Virus record (IMG/VR): IMGVR_UViG_3300010367_000056
Coordinates: 1 to 64,000 of that record
Length of the DNA: 64,000 bases
Reading direction: 5' to 3' (one strand)
Source: a virus
Taxonomy: Duplodnaviria > Heunggongvirae > Uroviricota > Caudoviricetes
Below, piece after piece: positions 37,995-47,484 of the stretch. Each line of letters opens with the position of its first letter. Position 1 is the stretch's first letter. The notes beneath the pieces were generated by a model, which worked only from the letters and a program-made list of their open reading frames with translations, ran no database searches and was not told where the DNA came from. A program made the position numbers and the translations under genes.

Positions 37995-38597
37995 CTATTT
38001 TTCTTCATCCTCCATGAAATTGTCATCTCTTCCATAAGGATTCTCTTTTTTCTCTTTTTGCCACATTTTGACTACAGCATTAGCTGTTGACATATCTGGT
38101 TCACCATAAGTTCTACTATCATGTAAATCATTATGTTCATGTTTAGAACTATCTACATTTCCACCACTCACATGAAATGTGTTATTAACAGGTAAATATG
38201 AATTACCATAATCATCTTTTCTCCTACCTCTTTCAGATAATACTAATACCACAGCTCCCATACCACATACTAATCCTAGTATTCCAAGTGCCAATAGTAC
38301 ATCATTATGATTATCATGATATACTATTTGTGCTGGCTGATCTTGATATCTCACAGGATATGCAGGAATAGGTAATTGTGGATAATTATTATACTCAGGT
38401 AATTGAATATTAATAATCTTTGGTTCCACATCCCTCCTTATAAATGTTTTCTTTAACTGTCTTTTAGCAGGAATTACAATCTTCATATCGCCCCCGACTA
38501 AGATAGTATCTCCTTTTTCAACAGTAATTAGTTTAGTTTGCGCATCTAATTGATACACAGTAATAACAAACATAGTAAATACAACAAACTTTTTCAT
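37995..38597 (-). CDS. membrane protein with signal peptide and internal TM helix
   Basis: Signal peptide MKKFVVFTMFVITVYQLDAQ. TM helix LLALGILGLVCGMGAVVLVL. Confidence 0.5.
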   Translation of the reverse strand: MKKFVVFTMFVITVYQLDAQTKLITVEKGDTILVGGDMKIVIPAKRQLKKTFIRRDVEPKIINIQLPEYNNYPQLPIPAYPVRYQDQPAQIVYHDNHNDVLLALGILGLVCGMGAVVLVLSERGRRKDDYGNSYLPVNNTFHVSGGNVDSSKHEHNDLHDSRTYGEPDMSTANAVVKMWQKEKKENPYGRDDNFMEDEEK

Positions 38598-38681
38598 AAA
38601 TAAAAGTTTAAATGATTAATAATATAAAAGGAGAGAAATTAATCTCCCCTTTTACTAATTATGAAGCAATACCTATGAAGA

Positions 38682-39065
38682 CTACTGATATTTGGTAATA
38701 GTTACCTTTGAATATTGTGTTTTACCATCTATATCTACAGATTTAATCCTTGAATAGATAGTTCTAACATCTTTAAACCAATGAGTTACATCTACTTGTG
38801 CAGTGTAGTTATGTGATAATCCACCAGTTTCAGACATTAATATAAATCCTGTAGTCCAATCACCAGGATTATTAACATTACCAGTAGTAGATATTTCTAT
38901 CTCATACTGTTTAACATTAATTTGATCATCAACACTAAATTCATAATTCAAATATGAATTCTGATTGCTAATGATATCATCATGATTAGCTTTACATGAT
39001 GGTAAAAATGATATAGCACCTAATATAAGAGCTATAACTGTGCTTGTATACAAAAACTTTTTCAT
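38682..39065 (-). CDS. putative lipoprotein
   Basis: Signal peptide ending ...LPSC, with Cys at about residue 24. Confidence 0.45.
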   Translation of the reverse strand: MKKFLYTSTVIALILGAISFLPSCKANHDDIISNQNSYLNYEFSVDDQINVKQYEIEISTTGNVNNPGDWTTGFILMSETGGLSHNYTAQVDVTHWFKDVRTIYSRIKSVDIDGKTQYSKVTITKYQ

Positions 39066-39089
39066 ACTAATAACTTTTAGGGTTTAGGG

Positions 39090-40019
39090 TTATTTTTTAC
39101 TGTGGGATAAGGTTACTGTGATACTCTTAATAGTCACTGGTAATGAAGTATTCGCAGGCCAATATCCTGTTGCTAAATCTGAAATATCAGACTCAGATTT
39201 CATTAAACTACATTTTACAGTACCAATACCATTAAAATTAGTGGTAGTTTGGTCTATAAAGTATAATCCTGAACTAGTAGACAAATATGCAGAACCAGTA
39301 CTAGCAAATGCAAACCCATTTACAGTTCCACCAAATTGTGTACCATCAGATTTCCTTAAATCCCATTTAGAACTAATACTATTAACACTACTACTATTAG
39401 CAGATGCAAGACTAGTAAGAGAGATAGTATAGATCTTCGTTGAGCCGGAGCCATTGTTTGCAAGAATAAATAAGGTATTAGACGCAATAGCAAGGTCACC
39501 ATTAATAAAAATACTATTAGTGTTGTCATTTGTATTTAATTTACCTCTTTTATTGACATTTACACTTGGATTAGATAAACTACCATTCCAAGTAAATGTA
39601 CCAATATAAATACTATTAGAACTAGATGATTTGGATACAATATATCCTACACCATTCTGATCAATACCTAATCTTACATAATCAAGATCAACATCACCTG
39701 ATGCAATATCAGCATTGTTCATGATTTTAACATAAGATCCAGTACCATCAGCTTTTCTAGCATATATATCCACATGATCATCAGTAGTATATTGTAATGT
39801 AACAATATAACCAATACCATTGAATATTCCATATCCTAGAGCAGCAGTTTGATCTACACTCATAGAACCACCAAATGAACCTGTAGCAGATCCAGTGGTT
39901 CCATTAGCTGTAATAGATTTGACTGCTTGTGAACTAAAAAATGCACCATAGATTTTATCTTGTGCATTAGTTGATATTACCAATAATGATAATACAATGA
40001 TTGAGAACAACTTTTTCAT
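39090..40019 (-). CDS. secreted Ser/Thr/Gly/Asn-rich protein (beta-rich, adhesin-like)
   Basis: Signal peptide MKKLFSIIVLSLLVISTNAQ. Repetitive S/T/G/N composition. Confidence 0.5.
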   Translation of the reverse strand: MKKLFSIIVLSLLVISTNAQDKIYGAFFSSQAVKSITANGTTGSATGSFGGSMSVDQTAALGYGIFNGIGYIVTLQYTTDDHVDIYARKADGTGSYVKIMNNADIASGDVDLDYVRLGIDQNGVGYIVSKSSSSNSIYIGTFTWNGSLSNPSVNVNKRGKLNTNDNTNSIFINGDLAIASNTLFILANNGSGSTKIYTISLTSLASANSSSVNSISSKWDLRKSDGTQFGGTVNGFAFASTGSAYLSTSSGLYFIDQTTTNFNGIGTVKCSLMKSESDISDLATGYWPANTSLPVTIKSITVTLSHSKK

Positions 40020-40218
40020 GATTGTTTTTTATTAGAGTTTAGAATTAACAATTTAAGTTGTTTCTCATAGTATATTGATTATGAAATAAATAGAAAAAAC
40101 CCCATATAAAAATACAGGGTTTTAACGATTGCTTGCCATTGAAAAATCAAAATCTTCTATTCCAGCCACATATTATGACAGTAATAACTCTATTTAATAC
40201 AAGTAATACAAGTGAATA

Positions 40219-40626
40219 TTATCTATGAACTAATGTTGTTAGTTCTGAATGTTCTTCAATAAGGTTAAGAGAATCTTCTCTATTACCAAGAAATAGATTT
40301 CTTGGAATAGTTTTACCAGTATATCCTAAATGAATATCACCACCATCATCTATAAATACAGCCATTAGGTCTATATTTTTATCATCATACCACGATACTT
40401 GTGATATTTCATCAGGTATATCTAATCTATGTCCTTCTAAATATTGATATGAGCTATCAACAAAAAAGTCTTCAGGTGCCAACATTGAGTTAACATCATT
40501 ACTTAATTGGTTGATAACTTTCTCATCCTGTTGGTATTGATATCCTTTACCAACTAAAAAACCAATACAAATTAAAAAGGTAATTGCTAATATTTGCAAT
40601 ATACCTAAAGTTGTTTCCTTTTTCAT
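40219..40626 (-). CDS. membrane-anchored protein
   Basis: N-terminal TM helix LGILQILAITFLICIGFLVG. Confidence 0.45.
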   Translation of the reverse strand: MKKETTLGILQILAITFLICIGFLVGKGYQYQQDEKVINQLSNDVNSMLAPEDFFVDSSYQYLEGHRLDIPDEISQVSWYDDKNIDLMAVFIDDGGDIHLGYTGKTIPRNLFLGNREDSLNLIEEHSELTTLVHR

Positions 40627-40751
40627 GTCTACTAATTTAGAAGTTAATAATAAAAGAATAAATAAAGAAGGCCAGATATAGATATATCTAGCCTTATGGT
40701 ATTAACCATTAAACCCTTATCCGTCTCTTTGTACCCTTTAACAATAATATC

Positions 40752-41114
40752 TTAATCATGACCTGTTTCAAGCAAACAAATCAATTTAAATCCAGATGCA
40801 CAAACCATGTAAAATCCATCATTATCTTGTATGAGATCCCCAACACTACATGATCTTACATTTTTCTTTGCATAATCTGGATTAAAATCATTTTGTGATT
40901 TCTTAAATGCTTCTTCCAAGTCTTTTGCAATAACAGTGGCTGCATATTTTCTTATCTGAAATTCCTCTTCAGTATATGTAGAAGAACTTTCAACAGCTAA
41001 GAAAATATGATACAATTTCAATTGATCAGAATCAACCTTTTGATCAACTCCTATTTCTTGAGGAGTACGAAATATATTGTGTGTAGGAACTAATGTTCCA
41101 TTCTTTGTAGACAT
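40752..41114 (-). CDS. hypothetical protein
   Basis: ORF. Confidence 0.45.
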   Translation of the reverse strand: MSTKNGTLVPTHNIFRTPQEIGVDQKVDSDQLKLYHIFLAVESSSTYTEEEFQIRKYAATVIAKDLEEAFKKSQNDFNPDYAKKNVRSCSVGDLIQDNDGFYMVCASGFKLICLLETGHD

Positions 41115-41125
41115 AACAAAACAAT

Positions 41126-41317
41126 TTAATTTTTAGTAATAATTGTGTTAGTCTGACACAGCATATTGGATAGATCTTCTTCATACATAATATAAAAATT
41201 CTTTCTATGTTCATGAAGATCTCTTTCAGATTCACTTAGCTTAATTCCACCTTGTTTTACCATGATGTCAAGCCATAGTTTCTTCTGATAACTGTTTATC
41301 AAATCAGCAAATGTCAT
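41126..41317 (-). CDS. hypothetical small protein
   Basis: ORF. Confidence 0.3.
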   Translation of the reverse strand: MTFADLINSYQKKLWLDIMVKQGGIKLSESERDLHEHRKNFYIMYEEDLSNMLCQTNTIITKN

Positions 41318-41370
41318 AGATAAAGGATTTTAAGGGTTAATGAATTAATTGATCTAATCGAGACTGTTTT

Positions 41371-41499
41371 TTAAAAAATTCCTAGTTTTCTAAGAATAGC
41401 ACCAGTAATTAAGATTAAAACAATCAATACTAATGCAATGAAAACTCTAGGAATTGAATCTTTCCCCTTAGGAAAATTGTAATCATATTCAGTTTCCAT
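41371..41499 (-). CDS. unlisted 42-aa single-TM peptide
   Basis: ATG at 41497-41499 (minus strand) gives METEYDYNFPKGKDSIPRVFIALVLIVLILITGAILRKLGIF followed by a stop. It is below the ORF-track size cutoff. Confidence 0.3.
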   Translation of the reverse strand: METEYDYNFPKGKDSIPRVFIALVLIVLILITGAILRKLGIF

Positions 41500-41646
41500 T
41501 TGTACAGATTTAGGTTTAGATTAAAATATCGCTACACTTATATATATGTAATAGAAAGGGAATTAAATTAATAACTCCCTTTCTCTCTGAGATAAATCAG
41601 GTATGTTTTCACTTAACAAGGTTTAGTTCTTAAGAGTATTTATGGA

Positions 41647-42270
41647 CTATTCTTCACCTGTTTCTGTTTCATCATTTTCAGGCTCTGGAAATTCCACTTG
41701 TTCATCATCAGGATGTGGAACATAATCCTGATCTGATGTTGATACTCCACGTTCTTGTAACCATTCATCTTGATTGACAATTGTACCACCACTACCAACT
41801 GAAGTTCCAGGTCTGACTTCTCTTGCAGTTTCATGACCTTGACCAGTCGTAGTTGGTATTGCAGGATGATACAATCCTTGTCTAATTCTTACTGTTCTGT
41901 TAGATTCAATAGCATCACCTTTTCTTTGATAATGCTGCTCAAATCCTTCAGGTCTTTGAACATAAAGAACTCTAGCTTCTCCTAACTGCATTGCTGATTG
42001 TACTATATCCAATCCAGACTTTAGTTCCATAATCTTAATGAATGTATAATCAGGGCCAAACACTTCATCAAATCCAGTCTCTCTTACATTCACTAGATAA
42101 GTCTTACCAATCTCAAATCCAGCTCTTTGAGCTACAGTACCAGCTAATACATTTCTGTTTGGCATCTGACCTGCAATACATTGTAACATTACAGGTGCTG
42201 ATCCATTTTTGTCAGGAGTTGAAGTACCACTAAATGCAGTGACACTTGCGACAATCATTGTGTTCAACAT
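41647..42270 (-). CDS. hypothetical protein with atypical (higher GC) composition and acidic C-terminus
   Basis: ORF whose GC content is noticeably above the surrounding sequence. Ends in PEPENDETETGEE. Confidence 0.45.
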   Translation of the reverse strand: MLNTMIVASVTAFSGTSTPDKNGSAPVMLQCIAGQMPNRNVLAGTVAQRAGFEIGKTYLVNVRETGFDEVFGPDYTFIKIMELKSGLDIVQSAMQLGEARVLYVQRPEGFEQHYQRKGDAIESNRTVRIRQGLYHPAIPTTTGQGHETAREVRPGTSVGSGGTIVNQDEWLQERGVSTSDQDYVPHPDDEQVEFPEPENDETETGEE

Positions 42271-42632
42271 AAACCCTAAATTTTCAATTTAATTGATGAT
42301 AATTTTTCCAGCCATCATCAATAAGCCAAAACTTGGATTTAGAACATTTGACTTTGTACTTACTAATCATCCAAGCTTGAGCATCTCAAATACCACATAA
42401 ACTCAAATCATAATCTCTTGGTAAATGAGACCTAAACCCAACAATACTGGAAGATAGTTATTCTTCAATACTATTAGATCCAATAGTAGTAAATATTGAG
42501 CAAAACACTACTATTGTGCGCTTGGTTGATACTACAAGGGAACTTTGATTATTTAATACAAACAACTTAAGACAAAATACCATATTAGCTCACCAAATAC
42601 CATGAACGTAAGCTCTCCGTAAAACTTTAATC

Positions 42633-43106
42633 TTAAAGCTCTAATTGAGTCTCAAAGTTCACAATATGTTTATGACTAGTTAACTCTTGACAATTACACT
42701 TAACATCATCATTCTTAACTATTTCCCATTCTAATACATCCTCATCTTTCTCAATAATTTGAGGATATAATCTATTTTCATCTTTCTTTGCTTCAGCCAC
42801 CATCATATTCACATCTTTACTAGAACTGAGAAATATAACACAATGTCCTGATTGATTAACAAATCCAATCACACCTCTTGCAGTCCTAACCTTCAGGCCA
42901 ATCAAGTTATTTCTCTGATCTATAGGTAGATCTTTAATACGCATAGCAACATACAATTTAGACATTAAAGAATAGAGCTTTGTCTTCTCTTTCATTAATT
43001 GGAGATCAGCAATGTCTCCAACTCTACAAACAGCTTTAGAATCATCAGATTTCTCATCAAATTCAACAAGCCATACAGACCTACCAAATATCATTACAAT
43101 AAGCAT
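42633..43106 (-). CDS. hypothetical protein
   Basis: ORF. Confidence 0.4.
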   Translation of the reverse strand: MLIVMIFGRSVWLVEFDEKSDDSKAVCRVGDIADLQLMKEKTKLYSLMSKLYVAMRIKDLPIDQRNNLIGLKVRTARGVIGFVNQSGHCVIFLSSSKDVNMMVAEAKKDENRLYPQIIEKDEDVLEWEIVKNDDVKCNCQELTSHKHIVNFETQLEL

Positions 43107-43174
43107 AAGTAATACAGATTTTAATTGATAATTGGATAATGGTGTAGAACATAATTTAATAGCTTACTATATTA

Positions 43175-43489
43175 TTAACACAGTCCACAATATAACCATA
43201 TACTTCCATCAGGATCAATAACTCTTCTAGTAACTACTATAGTGCTATCATATAAGAACTCCCAACTATCAACATTCTTACTAACAATACCTCTACTTGT
43301 AGTAGCTGTAATTTGTCTAATAGTATTAGGAATAATCTTCTCTTCACAAATACCACTATGGTAAGTGAATGATAATTGATCCCCAACTAATGGAATAAAT
43401 GGAACATTCATGATAACATGAACACCATAAAAGTTTTTACTAGATCTTCCTTCAAGAGATATATGAATCTCATAATGTGAACCACTCAT
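43175..43489 (-). CDS. hypothetical protein
   Basis: ORF. Confidence 0.4.
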   Translation of the reverse strand: MSGSHYEIHISLEGRSSKNFYGVHVIMNVPFIPLVGDQLSFTYHSGICEEKIIPNTIRQITATTSRGIVSKNVDSWEFLYDSTIVVTRRVIDPDGSIWLYCGLC

Positions 43490-43500
43490 AATTAAATGAT

Positions 43501-43842
43501 TTAGATTGTGTTAATAATCTTATAATGCCATTGTAAGAACTTCAATTGGGATTCTTCAACTCCTATCTTATAAGCCCAACAATACCTTTCAAATCCACAA
43601 CCTACAACATAAGGTATAACCTCATTAATTGTAAGATATGGTAACTTAGCCAACCTAACACATTCTTGTACATTCTCTTGTGTATCCCATGAGATAATCT
43701 CAATAAAATCTCCTAATTTTGGTCTTCTCCAATCAGGATAATCTTCTACAGTTAGATCTTCAGGATTAGCTAATAATCTAAGAACATGAATATTAAACTC
43801 ATCATTATCATTACTAACTAATCCATCTTTAATTCCACTCAT
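43501..43842 (-). CDS. hypothetical protein
   Basis: ORF. Confidence 0.4.
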   Translation of the reverse strand: MSGIKDGLVSNDNDEFNIHVLRLLANPEDLTVEDYPDWRRPKLGDFIEIISWDTQENVQECVRLAKLPYLTINEVIPYVVGCGFERYCWAYKIGVEESQLKFLQWHYKIINTI

Positions 43843-44255
43843 AAGTGAAAATAGGGTTTAGAATAAAGCCAGATTATAAAGATATATCAGTATATTACCA
43901 ATAATATGGCAATCATATGATATACTCCCAATTAGATTATAACAATACTATAGTACACTATAAGCTATAATATCTCATAACCTAATCTAATTTTCATAGT
44001 AACAAACTATAACAACAATAACCAACAATAAGAATATACCCGAATTCTCATACATTTCTTTAAATTTCACTCATTATTACAATAATTTCACACTGTTCCA
44101 CGTGGAACATGCATAATTATTAGCAAACTATGAGCGTAACTCTTAAGTTAACGTATAAAAAATAGAATATATTCTTATTTAGCAACATGTTGATTAACAA
44201 TAAACTATATTGTCGGGAATATAATCTATTGTTAATCAATTAGTTGTAATTAATA

Positions 44256-44606
44256 TTAATCATTGTCTACAAAGGCACAAAATTTAATTGCTGTTTGTCC
44301 TTCGCGTGGAAATTCACGACAAACGCACTGCATTTTTGCACCTTCTTTATGTATTTCAGGATCAAATGAAGCATTTACGCGTATACTATAGCCCTCTTTA
44401 GTGGTATAATATGCACCTTTTTGCCCTTGAAATTCTCTAATTTCAATCTTACCTGACAATGTAACAGTGAATGTATCACCTACATTTTTACCATTGATTG
44501 GTGAACCCGGTCTAATGCCTGTCTTAGCTTGAAACTCTTCTACATTCTTAAATGCTTTAGTTTCAACGGTTTCTACAATCTTTGTTCTAGCTTGTTGAAC
44601 TGCCAT
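44256..44606 (-). CDS. hypothetical protein, first gene of the minus-strand arm (start at MAVQQ preferred)
   Basis: The track ORF extends to 44660, but ATG at 44604-44606 gives MAVQQARTK. The upstream stretch is AT-rich and promoter-like. Confidence 0.45.
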   Translation of the reverse strand: MAVQQARTKIVETVETKAFKNVEEFQAKTGIRPGSPINGKNVGDTFTVTLSGKIEIREFQGQKGAYYTTKEGYSIRVNASFDPEIHKEGAKMQCVCREFPREGQTAIKFCAFVDND

Positions 44607-44822
44607 AAAATAATAATTTATAAATTTGTTAAACTTGTATTGTATTAAATAAGTTAGCACAGCTTACAAGTACCCGACTACCCATGTTGCTACGCAACAC
44701 CCCTGGGTGTTGTATATGAGGTGGTCTATTCTCTCACACACTTATTTAAAATTTTAGGGTAAAAAATTTTTTCTAAAATTGGGAAAAATTTTTATATCTT
44801 TATATTATAAAAACGTCGATAA

Positions 44823-45371
44823 ATGACAATAGAAGAAATTAAAGAAATGATAAGAAGTCAAGGTTACTTATCAGAGAAAGAACTTGATTTTAGAAAACGC
44901 GTGGAAGAGCTTAAAACTCAAGCAGTTAATCAAGCTTTGGCAAGTAATAGTACTTATCTCGATCCTAATTGGAATCAACAACAATCTACTGGTATTAATA
45001 ATCCATTTCCACAACCAGCTCCTAATCCTACTTATTATGATTATGAGCAGTTTAAGAAGACTCGTATACCAACTAGGGATGCTTCTAAAGATTATCAAGA
45101 GGCTATGTCTTCACTATCTAATTATATGAATAAGACTCAGAAAGCTCCTGTACAAGCTCTTTTAGATGATTTGTTTGTAGAAGATGAGAAACTTGATTAT
45201 CTTCTTTCTATGGGATATAGACAATTAGAGAATAGTTCATACTTAGTAAAGGGAGAGCCTGATCCTGAGTTTAAGAGAACATTTACTCTTGATGAAGCTT
45301 TTGTTATAGAGATGAGAGTTAAATTAAAGAATATATTATTGGCTAAACAATCATTAAAATTTAAGATATAA
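44823..45371 (+). CDS. hypothetical protein, first gene of the plus-strand arm
   Basis: ORF. Confidence 0.5.
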   Translation: MTIEEIKEMIRSQGYLSEKELDFRKRVEELKTQAVNQALASNSTYLDPNWNQQQSTGINNPFPQPAPNPTYYDYEQFKKTRIPTRDASKDYQEAMSSLSNYMNKTQKAPVQALLDDLFVEDEKLDYLLSMGYRQLENSSYLVKGEPDPEFKRTFTLDEAFVIEMRVKLKNILLAKQSLKFKI

Positions 45372-45372
45372 T

Positions 45373-45627
45373 ATGAGTCAGGAAGTAATTAGTAAAATTG
45401 AGAGCTTTGGTTATAAGAGGGTTGAAGATAGAGACTTAGAAGAAAATGGTGGGATACTATTTAAGTATTCTCCAGAAGGTCAGGTAGAACTTAGATATTG
45501 GAAGATTCATCCTAGAGTTAATGTTACTTATAATGGTAAGAGCATGTATGAGAGTGGTATTACAACGAATGAAAAACTATTAAAATTTATGGAGGATGTT
45601 TATGACAAATGGAGAGGACAAAAATAA
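45373..45627 (+). CDS. hypothetical small protein
   Basis: ORF. Confidence 0.4.
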   Translation: MSQEVISKIESFGYKRVEDRDLEENGGILFKYSPEGQVELRYWKIHPRVNVTYNGKSMYESGITTNEKLLKFMEDVYDKWRGQK

Positions 45628-45784
45628 AGAGCCAAGATGGGAACCATTTATTGAGCGTAAATTTAGAGATTGCTTTTATGGTAATATTACCAAAGAAGAA
45701 TATGATTTAGCTGAACAATATGTGGCAGAAGGAAAGAGTTATAGTATGACATTTCAGGAGTGGTTAGAGAAAAAGAATATTTGA
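45596..45784 (+). CDS. hypothetical small protein
   Basis: ORF overlapping the upstream gene by 32 nt. Confidence 0.35.
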   Translation: MFMTNGEDKNKEPRWEPFIERKFRDCFYGNITKEEYDLAEQYVAEGKSYSMTFQEWLEKKNI

Positions 45785-45785
45785 T

Positions 45786-46013
45786 ATGTTTAAGATTCAT
45801 TTGAAAGCGAAATTTACTAGAGAAGATATTTTAGCAATGTCAGGAGATATTATTGTATGCAGTCTTCCTGAAGGAGATAAAAGAGAATTTTATGTAAAAT
45901 CCATTACTTCTAATGGAGTTATTATAGGGACATTTACAGATAATATTAATCCTACTATTGCTTGGCCATATGGAGAAAATTATAATAGAATTTGTGCAGT
46001 AGTAGAACATTAA
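45786..46013 (+). CDS. hypothetical small protein (MFKIHLK N-terminus)
   Basis: ORF. Confidence 0.4.
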   Translation: MFKIHLKAKFTREDILAMSGDIIVCSLPEGDKREFYVKSITSNGVIIGTFTDNINPTIAWPYGENYNRICAVVEH

Positions 46014-46114
46014 GCTATATTAAGAGTTATAAAGCGATTATATTCTGGTATGTGAGAAGTTAATGCAAGGAGATTATTTTAGTTTTACAGTGTTGAAAAC
46101 CAATAGATAAATAG

Positions 46115-46483
46115 ATGGAAAGACAAACAATAGTGAAGACAATTAAGAAGTCTTTTGCTAATAAAATTAAAGCGGGGATTACCTGGTTCAGATTTATGGC
46201 TGCTATTAATGATATTAAGTTGACTAAGCGTGAACTTGAGTTACTTTCTTTTATTAATCTTAGAGGTACTATTTCCTCTCTTCAAGCTAAAGAGGAATTT
46301 GTTAAGATCTTTGAATCGTCTTCAGCTACTGTATCTAATATGATTGGCCCTTTAATAGAGAAGAAGTTCTTAGTGAAGGATAAGTCTAAAGTACGAATTA
46401 ATCCTTCCTTAAGGGTAGATTTCTCTCATAACTTTGTAGTGCGATTTTTTATTGATATTGAAACCAATGAAGATGGAAATTAA
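46115..46483 (+). CDS. winged-helix (MarR/BlaI-like) DNA-binding regulator candidate
   Basis: LTKRELELLSFINLRGTISSLQAKEEF...ATVSNMIGPLIEKKFLVKD is consistent with an HTH plus wing. Confidence 0.4.
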   Translation: MERQTIVKTIKKSFANKIKAGITWFRFMAAINDIKLTKRELELLSFINLRGTISSLQAKEEFVKIFESSSATVSNMIGPLIEKKFLVKDKSKVRINPSLRVDFSHNFVVRFFIDIETNEDGN

Positions 46484-46850
46484 AGAAGAGTTATTAGATA
46501 TTGAAGATATTAAGCGTAGTAGGAAACCATTGATTGATTTGTTTATTAGAAGGACTGCTGTAATTAATCAGACTTCTGAAGATTTAGTAGACTTAATTAT
46601 AAGGGATCAGTGGAGAAATATGCTGAAGGTCGCAAGTAGCGATACTCTAGTAAGTGAGCTAGATGTACCAATGATAGGTTTACTTAAACTTAGTAGAACT
46701 AAAGCTAATAAGAAAATTGGTTTATATGAACGTAAATTAGAAACATATAAATCTAATATGTCAGAAGATGAAAAGCGTAGAGAGAAACAACTGACTCACA
46801 TGCAGAAGTATGAGAAGCTTATTAATAATATTAAATATAAACTAAGATAA
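46452..46850 (+). CDS. hypothetical protein
   Basis: ORF. Confidence 0.4.
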   Translation: MILKPMKMEIKEELLDIEDIKRSRKPLIDLFIRRTAVINQTSEDLVDLIIRDQWRNMLKVASSDTLVSELDVPMIGLLKLSRTKANKKIGLYERKLETYKSNMSEDEKRREKQLTHMQKYEKLINNIKYKLR

Positions 46851-46851
46851 A

Positions 46852-47190
46852 ATGAAATTCAATATCAAGCATATTATAGAAGGAGTTACTAATAGTATTT
46901 TTGTAAGAGAAGAAGTAGAGAAGATAGCTGAATACAGACATGATATTTGTAAAGCATGTCCTAAAAATTCTAAGGTTATTGCTGAACAAAAATCACTACA
47001 TTTTGATACTGTAGAACCAGGCCCTTATTATTCAGAGATTAGACCTGATGAGCATTGTTCAATGTGTGCATGTAATATTCATGCAAAAGTTAGAAGTTTA
47101 CACACTGACTGTCCTATTGACAAGTGGGAAGCTGTAGCTTCAAAAGAGGAAGCAGCTAAGATTGCTGCGGCTATTGATGGAAATTCATAA
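46852..47190 (+). CDS. Cys-rich (zinc-binding?) small protein
   Basis: CKACPKN...HCSMCACNIHAKVRSLHTDCP. Confidence 0.4.
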   Translation: MKFNIKHIIEGVTNSIFVREEVEKIAEYRHDICKACPKNSKVIAEQKSLHFDTVEPGPYYSEIRPDEHCSMCACNIHAKVRSLHTDCPIDKWEAVASKEEAAKIAAAIDGNS

Positions 47191-47205
47191 TTTAAATTTA
47201 TACCT

Positions 47206-47475
47206 ATGACAGCTTACAATATAAACATTGAACAGTTCATTAATATATTAATAGATATAAGGGAAAGAGGTATTCAGTTAATGAATCTTGATATGGTTCC
47301 TGATGAGAGTAATCCTCAAATGAACAAGTTAATAATCCATCCTAATGAAAACATAGTTGATCGTAAACCTTTATTTAAACCTTCTGATACTCCAGAAGAC
47401 TTAGGAGCAGATAATATTAAAGATCCTGATATAGAAGGTGATGACATATTTAACTTATTTAGTAAAGTCCTGTAA
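47206..47475 (+). CDS. hypothetical acidic small protein
   Basis: ORF. Confidence 0.4.
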   Translation: MTAYNINIEQFINILIDIRERGIQLMNLDMVPDESNPQMNKLIIHPNENIVDRKPLFKPSDTPEDLGADNIKDPDIEGDDIFNLFSKVL

Positions 47476-47484
47476 GACTTACAC

